Assembly (NCBI GenBank): GCA_016199105.1
Contig: JACQHI010000056.1
Coordinates: forward strand, 1 to 27,261
Source: Lentisphaerota bacterium
Lineage (GTDB): Bacteria; Verrucomicrobiota; Kiritimatiellia; JAAZAB01
DNA: 27,261 nucleotides
Direction of reading: 5' to 3'
This document shows positions 16,614-24,909 of the stretch, in pieces. A program made the position numbers and the translations under genes. A model generated the notes under the pieces. That model was not told the origin of the DNA. It worked only from the letters and a program-made list of their open reading frames with translations, and searched no databases. The stretch's first letter is position 1. Each line of letters starts with the position of its first letter.

Positions 16614-17702
16614 ATGAACCGGACGTTCCAAGGGCAGCTGCCGTCGAAAATCCGGGCTTTGTTCGGCCGGGTGACCGAGGCGCAGTGGCGGAACTGGCGC
16701 TGGCAGCTCCGTCATAGCCTCGCCGGGATGGAGGATTTAAGCCGCCTCTTGAAGATTCCGGATCCGGACGTCCGCCGCTATGCGGAGCTCCTGAACGAAT
16801 ATCCCTTTCGGGTGACGCCGTATTTTGCGTCGCTCATTGATTGGGACGACTCCCGTGATCCTTTGCGGCGGCAGATGCTTCCTGACGTTCGGGAAATTGC
16901 CGACCGGAAGGCGGAGAGTCGGGATCCCCTGGAGGAGAATCGGAACAGCCCTGTCAGCGGCCTGATCCACCGTTACCGGAATCGCGCCGTGGCGCTGGTC
17001 AGCGAGCGCTGTGCGGTCTGGTGCCGGCACTGCACCCGCAAGAACCGTCTGCGGCCGGCCGAATCGCCGACGCCCCGCGAGCTCCGGCGGATGGCGGAAT
17101 ACGTTTCCCGCCACCCTTCGATCCGGGAGGTCATTGTGTCCGGAGGGGATCCGTTGCTGTTGGAGACGGAGGCATTGGATCGTCTGTTGCGGGCCTTCCG
17201 GCGCATTCGGCACGTGGAGGTGCTTCGGATCGGCACACGGGCGCCCGTGGTTTTGCCCATGCGGGTGGATGCCGGATTGGCGGCCGTTCTGGAGTCGCAC
17301 CGGCCGCTCTGGCTCAACACGCAGTTCAATCATCCCCGCGAGATCACGCCGGAATCCGCCCGGGCCTGCGAACGCTTGTTGAAGGCCGGCATTCCGGTGT
17401 CGAGTCAGACGGTGCTGTTGAAAGGCGTCAACGACACTGCGAACACATTGGCGGACCTGTTCAACCGGCTCCAACGGATCATGGTCCGGCCCTACTACCT
17501 GTTTCATTGCGATCCGGTGCGGGGCACCCGTCATTTGCGCGCGGATCTTCAGCATGGCCGGGCCATCTACAAGGCGCTGAGGGCGTCGCAGGGCGGGCTC
17601 TGTCTGCCCCAATATGTCGTGGATATGCCCGGCCGGGCGGGCAAGATGCCGGTGGAACTGCTCGCTCCAGCGCGAATGATTCACCACGAACCACGAGAAT
17701 AA
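16614..17702 (+). CDS. KamA-family radical SAM protein (lysine 2,3-aminomutase-like)
   Basis: WRWQL, PFRVTPY, GLIHRY, CAVWCRHCTRK, SGGDPL, RIGTR.PV, TQFNHP, QTVLLKGVND, PYYLF, and YVVDMPGRAGK containing the probable PLP lysine. Confidence 0.92.
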   Translation: MNRTFQGQLPSKIRALFGRVTEAQWRNWRWQLRHSLAGMEDLSRLLKIPDPDVRRYAELLNEYPFRVTPYFASLIDWDDSRDPLRRQMLPDVREIADRKAESRDPLEENRNSPVSGLIHRYRNRAVALVSERCAVWCRHCTRKNRLRPAESPTPRELRRMAEYVSRHPSIREVIVSGGDPLLLETEALDRLLRAFRRIRHVEVLRIGTRAPVVLPMRVDAGLAAVLESHRPLWLNTQFNHPREITPESARACERLLKAGIPVSSQTVLLKGVNDTANTLADLFNRLQRIMVRPYYLFHCDPVRGTRHLRADLQHGRAIYKALRASQGGLCLPQYVVDMPGRAGKMPVELLAPARMIHHEPRE

Positions 17703-17754
17703 ATGGAAAGGGATCGCACACGGTCACACAGAGTGTGCCCCTCCCAAATCCAAT

Positions 17755-18579
17755 TCAGTCCTTCTTGAACCAGGCCCAGACCAGGATCACGCCGATGAGA
17801 GCGGCGATGCCGGCCAGCGTCAGTACTTTCCGGGTTTTCACCATTTCGTTGTCGGCGTTAAACGCCCCCTTGGGCGCCGGGGTCGCGGCGGACTCCGGCG
17901 GAGGGACCAGGAAAGAGGATTGTTCGGGCTTCTTTTGTTTCTGTTGTCGGGCCAGTTCACGCGCCTTCTCTCGCGCCTGAATTTCCGCCTCCAGAGTCTG
18001 CGCCTTGGCGAGCAGGGCCTCTCCCCGTTTCGTTTGCAGCCGGGCCATCTTCTCCTTTTGGATTTTTCCATCGGCCGAGAGGGAACTGCCGGCCTGCATC
18101 GCCGCGCCCACCTTGCACAACGTTTCGCCTTGCGCCCGCCACTCGGCGATTTGCCGGCGTTCGTCGGACAGGGATTGGGGAGGAGACGGGGTGGCGGGGG
18201 TGGTTTCCGGAATCACGGGGAGAGTTTGTCTCAACTGCCGGGCGTCCGCGGCCGTGGCCGGTTCGATCTCGGCGGAGATTTCAAGACATCGGGCCGCGAA
18301 GACCGGTTTGTTTTCCTGGATGAGACGGCGCGCGGCGCTCCAATACGTGTCCGGAACATTGGTGGAGGAGCTGATATGGAGCACGCGATCGGTGCCGAGC
18401 CGCAGCTCGCCGCCCTCGACGGTAATGATGTATTCCTGCTTGTCCAGTCCTGTCACGCGACCCAGAATCATGGCGTCGGGCGACGTCACGATCAGGTCGG
18501 CGACGGACGGGACGACGATGCCGATCAGGAATAACACGGAAACCGCCGCTCTTCGGACGCTGTGACCCATGGCGTTCAT
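17755..18579 (-). CDS. Hypothetical exported protein with C-terminal membrane anchor
   Basis: Signal-peptide-like N-terminus, helical/coiled-coil middle, C-terminal hydrophobic segment followed by FKKD. Confidence 0.7.
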   Translation of the reverse strand: MNAMGHSVRRAAVSVLFLIGIVVPSVADLIVTSPDAMILGRVTGLDKQEYIITVEGGELRLGTDRVLHISSSTNVPDTYWSAARRLIQENKPVFAARCLEISAEIEPATAADARQLRQTLPVIPETTPATPSPPQSLSDERRQIAEWRAQGETLCKVGAAMQAGSSLSADGKIQKEKMARLQTKRGEALLAKAQTLEAEIQAREKARELARQQKQKKPEQSSFLVPPPESAATPAPKGAFNADNEMVKTRKVLTLAGIAALIGVILVWAWFKKD

Positions 18580-18667
18580 GCCTCAAAATGTATCGCGATT
18601 CGTTTGCATTCACAACTCATTTATGCCAAGCTCCTACCGTATGGAGTCGTAACGAATGGAGGCGATT

Positions 18668-19003
18668 ATGGACACGACATCGGATCTGGCCGGCCGGCAA
18701 TGCGTTCCCTGCGCGGGAGGCGCGCAACCGTTGAAGGGTGAGGCGCTTGCCGCGCTGGTCGCCAGTCTGGGCGGCGATTGGCAGGTGATGGAAGAGCGCC
18801 GCCTGGAAAAAACGTTCAAGTTCAAGGATTTCAAGCAAGCCCTTGCGTTCGTCAACAAGGTCGGCGAACTGGCCGAGGCCCAGGGACATCATCCCGATAT
18901 CCTCTTGGCCTGGGGGCGCGCGAAGATAACCCTGTGGACACACAAGATCGGCGGGCTGTCCGAAAGCGATTTTGTCATGGCAGCCAAAATCGACCGGCTA
19001 TAA
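18668..19003 (+). CDS. phhB: Pterin-4-alpha-carbinolamine dehydratase
   Basis: CVPC, FKDF..AL.FVN.VG.LAE..GHHPDI, WTHKIGGLSESDF. GGAGG 5 nt before ATG 18668. Confidence 0.95.
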   Translation: MDTTSDLAGRQCVPCAGGAQPLKGEALAALVASLGGDWQVMEERRLEKTFKFKDFKQALAFVNKVGELAEAQGHHPDILLAWGRAKITLWTHKIGGLSESDFVMAAKIDRL

Positions 19004-19025
19004 ATTCGCCGGAAGGCGAATTTAT
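19000..19025. terminator. Symmetric hairpin between convergent phhB and kdgK
   Basis: ATAAATTCGCC-GGAA-GGCGAATTTAT, a perfect 11-bp stem with only short U runs. Confidence 0.6.
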
Positions 19026-20053
19026 CGCTGGACGCGGCCGGACGCGTCGCCGCCCGCCAGTTTGTCCACTTCCTCCAGCGAGACGAGGTTGAAGTCGCCG
19101 AGGATGGAATGTTTCAGGCAACTGGCCGCCACGGCGAAATTCAACGCGTTTCCCGGGTCCTTGCCGTTGGCCAGCCCGTAGATGAGGCCCGCGGCGAACG
19201 AATCGCCACCGCCCACGCGATCCACGATGTCCGCGATCTCGTATTTGCGGCTGAGGATGAATTGCTTGCGGTCGTTCAGGCAGGCCGACCAGCCGTTGGA
19301 GTCGGCGCTGTGGCTTTCCCGGAGCGTGATGGCCATGATTTTCAGGTTGGGGAAGGCCTCCAGCACCTTTTTCGAAAGGGCCTCGTATTGCGCCGTGTCG
19401 AGTTCGCCTTTTTCCACCTTCACGGCCACGGTGATGCCCAGCGATTTCTGGCAATCCTCCTCGTTGGCAATGCCGATGTCCACGTATTTGACCAGCTCCT
19501 TCATGACTTCAGGCGCCGTCTTGCCGTATTTCCAGAGCTTGCCGCGGTAGTTGAAGTCGCAGGAGACGGTCAGCCCCATTTCCTTGGCGGCTTTCACGGA
19601 CTCCATGGACAGGTCCGCCGACGACTGGGTGATGGCGGGCGTGATGCCCGTGATGTGGAACCAGCCGGCGCCGGCGAAGACTTTCCTCCAGTCGATGGAG
19701 CCGGGCTTCGCCGCGGCGATCGAGGAATTCGCCCGGTCGTAAATGACCTTGGAGGCGCGCTGGTTGGCACCGTTTTCCAGGTAGTAAATGCCCATGCGGC
19801 CTGAGCCCCGGGCAATCGGCGAGGTGTCCACGCCGAAACGGCGCAACTCGCCGATACAGGCGTCGGCAATCTCGTTCTTGGGCAGCACGGTCATGAAGGC
19901 GGCATTCATGCCGAAGTTGGCGAGCGAGACCGCCACGTTGGCCTCGCCCCCGCCGAAGGTGGCTTCGAGCCGTGGGCTCTGGAAGAGGCGTTCGAAGCCC
20001 GGGGATTTCAGTCTCAACATGATCTCGCCGAAAGTGACGACGCGCGTGTTCAT
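19022..20053 (-). CDS. kdgK: 2-dehydro-3-deoxygluconokinase (PfkB family)
   Basis: [55 protein letters not shown]. Adjacent to eda. Confidence 0.92.
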   Translation of the reverse strand: MNTRVVTFGEIMLRLKSPGFERLFQSPRLEATFGGGEANVAVSLANFGMNAAFMTVLPKNEIADACIGELRRFGVDTSPIARGSGRMGIYYLENGANQRASKVIYDRANSSIAAAKPGSIDWRKVFAGAGWFHITGITPAITQSSADLSMESVKAAKEMGLTVSCDFNYRGKLWKYGKTAPEVMKELVKYVDIGIANEEDCQKSLGITVAVKVEKGELDTAQYEALSKKVLEAFPNLKIMAITLRESHSADSNGWSACLNDRKQFILSRKYEIADIVDRVGGGDSFAAGLIYGLANGKDPGNALNFAVAASCLKHSILGDFNLVSLEEVDKLAGGDASGRVQR

Positions 20054-20093
20054 ACTGTCTTCCTTTCCTGGTAAGCGGAGGCGTTGACGCGAA

Positions 20094-21059
20094 TTACTTT
20101 TTCTGCAACAGATGGATCGCGTAGCCGTTGACTTCGTCTTTCAGGTACACGGCGATCATCGCGCCCGCCGCGTCCTTCTTGGCCGTCGTCAGGTCCACCT
20201 TGACGCCCTTGCGCTCCAGGGCGGCGATGGCGCGGCCGATCGTGTTCGTGGTCACGGCGATATGGCCGTGGGCGCCGAGGCCCGGCGCCTTGTTCACCTC
20301 GAAGCCCTTGCCGGCGAAATTGGAGCTGTTCCCCTCCTTGAGCGGGATGTTGAAGATCGAGGTGAGTTGCTTCGCGATGGAGAGGGAGGCGTTCGCGTCG
20401 GGCGAGTTCATGCCGATGTGGCCGAGGTCGAAGCCCAGCATGACGTCAATGGCCTCGCGCGCGAGCTTCGTGATTTCCGCGAACTTGCCTGACTGGATCG
20501 TCTCCTTCTTGGCCAGCCAGCTTCCGCCCACGGCGAAGATCTTGTCGAACAGGATGAACTCGGGCAGGTTGAGCGTGGTCACGCCGCCGGTCGGGATGAA
20601 GCGGACGGCGCCGAAGGGGGCGGCCAGCGCCTTGATGGTCTTGATGCCGCCGAACACGTCGGCGGGGAAATACTTGACCACGTCGACGCCGTGATCCAGC
20701 GCCGTCTGGATTTCCGTGGGGGTGACCACGCCGGGGGTGATGGGAATGTTCTGGCCCTGGCAGAATTTGACGACCGCCGGGCTGAAACCGGGGCTCACGA
20801 TATATTTCGCGCCCGCCTTGATGGCGCGCTCGGCCTGGTCCACCGTCAGCACCGTGCCCGCGCCCAGCAGCATGGCGGGCAGGCTGGAGGCGATGCGTTT
20901 GATGGACTCCTCGGCCGCCGCCGTGCGGAAGGTGATTTCGGCCACGGGCAGGCCGCCGTCGGTCAGCGCCTGGGCCAGAGGGACGGCGTCCTTGGCATCG
21001 TCGATGGCAATCATGGGAATCAGGCCGTATTCGTTGATTCGCTTGAGGGTCTCATTCAT
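20094..21059 (-). CDS. eda: KDPG/KHG aldolase with ~110-aa C-terminal extension
   Basis: AEITFRT, GAGTVL, IVSPG, PG..TPTE, VKYFPA (Schiff-base Lys), FIPTGGV, VGGSW. AAGGAG SD. Confidence 0.93.
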   Translation of the reverse strand: MNETLKRINEYGLIPMIAIDDAKDAVPLAQALTDGGLPVAEITFRTAAAEESIKRIASSLPAMLLGAGTVLTVDQAERAIKAGAKYIVSPGFSPAVVKFCQGQNIPITPGVVTPTEIQTALDHGVDVVKYFPADVFGGIKTIKALAAPFGAVRFIPTGGVTTLNLPEFILFDKIFAVGGSWLAKKETIQSGKFAEITKLAREAIDVMLGFDLGHIGMNSPDANASLSIAKQLTSIFNIPLKEGNSSNFAGKGFEVNKAPGLGAHGHIAVTTNTIGRAIAALERKGVKVDLTTAKKDAAGAMIAVYLKDEVNGYAIHLLQKK

Positions 21060-21071
21060 GCGGGTCTCCTT

Positions 21072-21096
21072 ATGGATTCCATGTCATGGAATCCAT
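21072..21096. promoter_or_regulatory. Perfect 12-1-12 palindrome (candidate operator or 5'-UTR hairpin)
   Basis: ATGGATTCCATG-T-CATGGAATCCAT, directly abutting the eda SD. Confidence 0.6.
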
Positions 21097-21127
21097 TCAT
21101 TGTTCTGTCGTACAATTGCTCGTCTGC

Positions 21128-21156
21128 TCTATATGGTTACAAACGCGGCGGGTCAA
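21128..21156 (-). promoter_or_regulatory. Sigma70-like promoter for eda-kdgK
   Basis: Minus strand TTGACC-N17-TATAGA. Confidence 0.5.
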
Positions 21157-21186
21157 ACCGCAATTACAAGATTCCGCTGAAAAACC

Positions 21187-21252
21187 CGCCCGGTGGGGTC
21201 ACCGGGCCTACAAAAAGGCCATTTTCTGTAGGCCGCGTGACCTCACGCGGCG
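21187..21252. repeat. Inverted doublet of 26-bp GTAG-REP-like palindromes
   Basis: Minus 21187-21212 TGTAGGCCCGGTGACCCCACCGGGCG and plus 21227-21252 TGTAGGCCGCGTGACCTCACGCGGCG: 21/26 identical, each with an 8-bp stem after GTAG. Confidence 0.75.
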
Positions 21253-21270
21253 TTAATCTTAATGTTACGA

Positions 21271-22257
21271 TTAAGAGGCACTTTGCCCGGCGAGCTCTAA
21301 CTTATTGACCGGATACTTGGGTTTTCCGGTGAGCAACACGTCGCGCACGTTCTCCGCGGCCTTGCGCTTCAACTCGGCGAACGACTCCTCGGAGTACCAC
21401 CCCTCATGGCCGGACACCGTGATGTTGTCCAGCTTGAGCAGCGGGTTGTCCGGGGCGATCGGCTCCTTCTCGAACACGTCGATGCCGGCGCTGTTGATCC
21501 AACCCTGTTGAAGCGCGGCGAGGAGGGCCTTCTCGTCGATGATCGGGCCGCGGGATGTGTTGAGCACGATGGCCGTCGGTTTCATCTTGCGAAAAGCGGC
21601 CTCGTTGAAAAGCCCGCGCGTTTTGTCGTTCAGCGGCATGTGGATGGAGAAGAAATCGCCTTCCTTCAGGGCGGTGTCCCAGTCCGCCTTTTGGGCGCCG
21701 GCGGCCGCGATGGCGGCTTCGTCGAGGAAGGGGTCAACGACCAGCACGCGGCCCAACTGGAAGCCGGAGAGCTTCCGGTGGAACACCCGGGCGATCATGC
21801 CGAAACCGAAGAAGACGAAGGTCTTGCCCCGGATGCGATACTTCTTGCCGCCGCGGCTGTAATCCCACGTGTGGGCGCGAACCTGGCGGTCCCGGAGCGC
21901 CGTCTTGCGCACGCAGCTCATGAAAAGCGCAAAGGCCTGGTCGGAAACGTCCTCGCCGCAGTAATCCGGCACGTTCGCCACCCAGATTTTTTTGGCCGTC
22001 GCGGCCTTGACGTCCACCGCGTCGTAACCGACCCCGTAACGGGAGATCACCCGGCATTCCCGCAGGCCGGCGATGATGTCGGCCGTGATGGGCGCCAGGT
22101 TGACGATGATGCCGGCGGCGTCATGGGCCGCGGCGACGATGTCGGCCGCCAGGGCGGATTTGACGTGAACGAGCTGCGCACCGATGGAGGCGAGGGCGGC
22201 CTTTTCCTCGTTGTAGTGCGGGTAACGGTCATCCACAATGACGACTTTTTCGGCCAT
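21271..22257 (-). CDS. D-isomer-specific 2-hydroxyacid dehydrogenase
   Basis: RYGVGYD.VD, NVPDY, GFGMIA Rossmann motif, SIHMPL, NTSRG, DVF..EP, catalytic His (GHEGWYS). Confidence 0.92.
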   Translation of the reverse strand: MAEKVVIVDDRYPHYNEEKAALASIGAQLVHVKSALAADIVAAAHDAAGIIVNLAPITADIIAGLRECRVISRYGVGYDAVDVKAATAKKIWVANVPDYCGEDVSDQAFALFMSCVRKTALRDRQVRAHTWDYSRGGKKYRIRGKTFVFFGFGMIARVFHRKLSGFQLGRVLVVDPFLDEAAIAAAGAQKADWDTALKEGDFFSIHMPLNDKTRGLFNEAAFRKMKPTAIVLNTSRGPIIDEKALLAALQQGWINSAGIDVFEKEPIAPDNPLLKLDNITVSGHEGWYSEESFAELKRKAAENVRDVLLTGKPKYPVNKLELAGQSAS

Positions 22258-22300
22258 GGAAGGCTCCTTTCTGATTTTGGATTTTTCCGAAATCCGAAAC

Positions 22301-22336
22301 TCAGGTTTCAGGTTTCATCCCTCATCCCTTGCCTTT
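22301..22336. repeat. 36-bp heptamer-built repeat, copy 2 (just after the SDR stop)
   Basis: tcaggtttcaggtttcatccctcatcccttgccttt, 34/36 identical to 14520-14555. Immediately preceded by (TCCGAAA)x2 at 22286-22299. Confidence 0.9.
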
Positions 22337-22339
22337 TAA

Positions 22340-23188
22340 TCACACTCCGGAGAAAGACCCAAACCCCCCGTCGATCGCCAGGCTGGCGCCGGTGGTGAAC
22401 GAGGCGGAGGGCGAGCACAGATAAACGATGGCGCCGATCAGTTCCTCGGGCTTTCCGTAGCGTTTCATGGGGGTGCCGCCGAGGATATCGGATCCGCGGG
22501 AGGCCGTGAGCACGCCCGGCGTTTTGGCGATGAGGTCCGCGTTCTGGAGCGTGGGGAAGAAGCCCGGCCGGATTTCATTGACCCGGATGCGGGCGGAATG
22601 ATTCATCGCCATGTCCGCCGCCAGCCAGCGCGTGAAATTGCTCACGCCGGCTTTGGCCGAAGAGTACGCCGGCGTCCGCGTCAGCGGCGTGTCGGCGCTC
22701 ATGGAGGACGTGTTGATGATGACCCCTTCGCCCTGCCGGATCATCACCTTGCCGAAGATCATGGATGGAATGATCGTGCCCATGATGTTCAGGTCGAACG
22801 TGAATCGGATGCCTTCCACCGTGAGGTCGGAGAAATGGATGCCGTCCTCCTTCCGGGTGATGGCCTTGGGATGGTTGCCGCCCGCGCCGTTGATGAGGAT
22901 GTCCGCCCGGCTGTAGTGGCTCAGGACGGCATCCCGCGCCTTGCTGACGCTTTCGGGGTTGAGCACGTCGAGCTCGATACCGATCGCGTCGCCGCCGCCG
23001 GCGACGATCTCGTCGGCGGTCTTCCGGGCTTCCGCCAGGCGGAGATCCAGGCAGGCGACTTTGACGCCCAGTTGGGCGAGCCCGCGGGCCACGGCGCCGA
23101 ACAGCACCCCGCCCGCGCCCGTGATGGCGGCAACCTTGCCCTCCAACGAGAACATTTCGGCCAATTGTTGGCGTGCCTTCGGGTTCAC
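22340..23188 (-). CDS. SDR oxidoreductase, D-mannonate oxidoreductase (UxuB)-like
   Basis: TGAGGVL, NGAGGNHPKA, NTSSM, YSSAK (YxxxK), PGFF...QN. GTG start. Substrate assignment is an inference from motif resemblance. Confidence 0.85.
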   Translation of the reverse strand: MNPKARQQLAEMFSLEGKVAAITGAGGVLFGAVARGLAQLGVKVACLDLRLAEARKTADEIVAGGGDAIGIELDVLNPESVSKARDAVLSHYSRADILINGAGGNHPKAITRKEDGIHFSDLTVEGIRFTFDLNIMGTIIPSMIFGKVMIRQGEGVIINTSSMSADTPLTRTPAYSSAKAGVSNFTRWLAADMAMNHSARIRVNEIRPGFFPTLQNADLIAKTPGVLTASRGSDILGGTPMKRYGKPEELIGAIVYLCSPSASFTTGASLAIDGGFGSFSGV

Positions 23189-23212
23189 ATTTGCCGTCCT
23201 TTTCCGCGGACC

Positions 23213-24289
23213 TCAGCCCCAGTTGCCGCGTATCGCTTTGCCGGTCTCGTTCGATTTATACATGGCCGAAATGATTTCGATACAGGCCAGGCCGAGTTGC
23301 CCGCTGATGCCGTACATGGGTTCCTCGTTGTTCATCACGCAGTCCACCGCGTAAGCCAGCTCGTCCACGTAACCCAGATTCAGGAATTCGTCCACGGCGG
23401 GCTTGGTCCACCCCTTGGTGTTGTCGGTTTTTTCGATGACATAGGAGGCGCCGGGGCGGCTGTAGAGCGTCAGGAAGGAGCCGAAGGTGAGGTCGGCCTT
23501 GATGTTGCCTTCCGAGCCGTAAACCTCGACCTTGTCGTCCATGCCGCCGACGGTGATGTAGTTGCCTTCCACGAACGCGTGCTCGCCGTTGGCGAATTTC
23601 ATGATGCCGACGGCGAAATCCTCGCCGCCGTTGTCCTTGTGCACATAGTTGTCCTTCAGGCCGCCGTTGCATTTGCCGATGACTTCGACGACCTTGTTTT
23701 TGCCGTCGTTGCCGAGGAGGTGCAGGGCCCAGCCGATGGGATGAATGGCGAGGTGAATCAGGCAGCCGCCGCCGCAGGACTGTTTGTTCTTGGCGAAGGG
23801 GCTGTGGGTGCCGTTATGGCATTCCTTGGCTTTCACGTACAGCATTCTGCCGATGCTGCCTTCCTTGATGAACTCGATCATTTTGCGGAGGGCGGGCGAG
23901 AAAACCCAGTCCTCGCCGTAGAACAGCTTGACGCCGGCTTTTTTGCAGACGTCCACGACTTCCTTGGCGTCTTCCACCGTCGTGGCCAGCGGTTTCTCGC
24001 AGAACACGTGTTTGCCGGAGCGGGCGCAGGCGAGCGCGACGTCATGATGCAGGAAGTTGGGCACGCACACGGAAACCAGATCCAGGTCCTCTTTTTCCAG
24101 CATCTCGTTATAATCGGCGTACGTCTTGGGGATGCTCCATTTTTTGGAAATCGCCTCGAGGTTGTCGATCGCGGCCACGGCGCGAATCTCCACCTTCGGG
24201 TTCCGCTTGAAACTGTACGCGTGGAAGTCCGCGGCGAATTTCGAGCCCACAATGCCGACCTTGATCGTCTCTTTCGACTTGCCTTTCAT
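23213..24289 (-). CDS. Gfo/Idh/MocA family oxidoreductase
   Basis: KVGIVG, VSVCVPNFLH, CEKPLA, SGGG.LIHLAIH. AAGGAG SD before ATG 24289. Confidence 0.9.
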   Translation of the reverse strand: MKGKSKETIKVGIVGSKFAADFHAYSFKRNPKVEIRAVAAIDNLEAISKKWSIPKTYADYNEMLEKEDLDLVSVCVPNFLHHDVALACARSGKHVFCEKPLATTVEDAKEVVDVCKKAGVKLFYGEDWVFSPALRKMIEFIKEGSIGRMLYVKAKECHNGTHSPFAKNKQSCGGGCLIHLAIHPIGWALHLLGNDGKNKVVEVIGKCNGGLKDNYVHKDNGGEDFAVGIMKFANGEHAFVEGNYITVGGMDDKVEVYGSEGNIKADLTFGSFLTLYSRPGASYVIEKTDNTKGWTKPAVDEFLNLGYVDELAYAVDCVMNNEEPMYGISGQLGLACIEIISAMYKSNETGKAIRGNWG

Positions 24290-24426
24290 GCGTTTCTCCT
24301 TTTGGATGCGTTCGCGGTGATGCGGGCGATTGTTTTGATGATCCGGCTTTGGTTTTGACAACTCAAGAGGCGTACGTCATATACGGTTTGGGCGCGGGGC
24401 GCAAGAAAATTGTTTGGCGGAGGAAG

Positions 24427-24879
24427 ATGAAGGCGTTGATACAGCGGGTCGCGCGGGCGCAGGTCACGGTGGAGGGCCGCCTGACGGGCCGGATTGACCG
24501 CGGCATGGTCGTGCTCTTGGGCGTGAAAACGGGGGACGCAGAAGAAGAGGCCCGTTTTCTGGCCGGCCGCACGGCGGCGCTCCGGATCTTCCCCGATGAG
24601 GCCGGCAAGATGAACCGGTCCCTCGTCGAAATCGGCGGCAATGTGCTGGTGGTGTCCCAGTTCACCCTGCATGCCGACACGCGGAAGGGGAACCGGCCCA
24701 GCTTTATCCGGGCGGCGGCGCCGGAGGTCGCGGAGCGCCTTTACGGGCATTACGTGGATTGTTTGCGGCGCATTCTGGGACCCGACCGGGTGGTGACCGG
24801 GTTGTTCCGGACCTCGATGCAGGTGGAGCTTGTCAACGACGGCCCCGTCACTCTCGAGTTGAACAGTCATAACGAATAG
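24427..24879 (+). CDS. dtd: D-aminoacyl-tRNA deacylase
   Basis: MKALIQRV..A.V, LRIF.D..GKMN, VVSQFTL, KGNRPSF, NDGPVT (Gly-cisPro). Confidence 0.96.
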   Translation: MKALIQRVARAQVTVEGRLTGRIDRGMVVLLGVKTGDAEEEARFLAGRTAALRIFPDEAGKMNRSLVEIGGNVLVVSQFTLHADTRKGNRPSFIRAAAPEVAERLYGHYVDCLRRILGPDRVVTGLFRTSMQVELVNDGPVTLELNSHNE

Positions 24880-24909
24880 GATTCGCACGGATTGAAAAAA
24901 GGAGACCGC

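Noticed and set aside
16584-16620. SAM-I riboswitch-like fragments (GGTGGAG...CCGATGAACC) before the KamA gene
   Set aside because: The P1 ATCxAGAG and GCAACC/GGTGC elements are missing and the match overlaps the start codon. An Infernal/Rfam scan would settle it.
17716-17743. GCACAC...GTGTGCCCCTCCC, a possible decayed REP
   Set aside because: Only a 6-bp stem and no intact GTAG foot; too weak to call.
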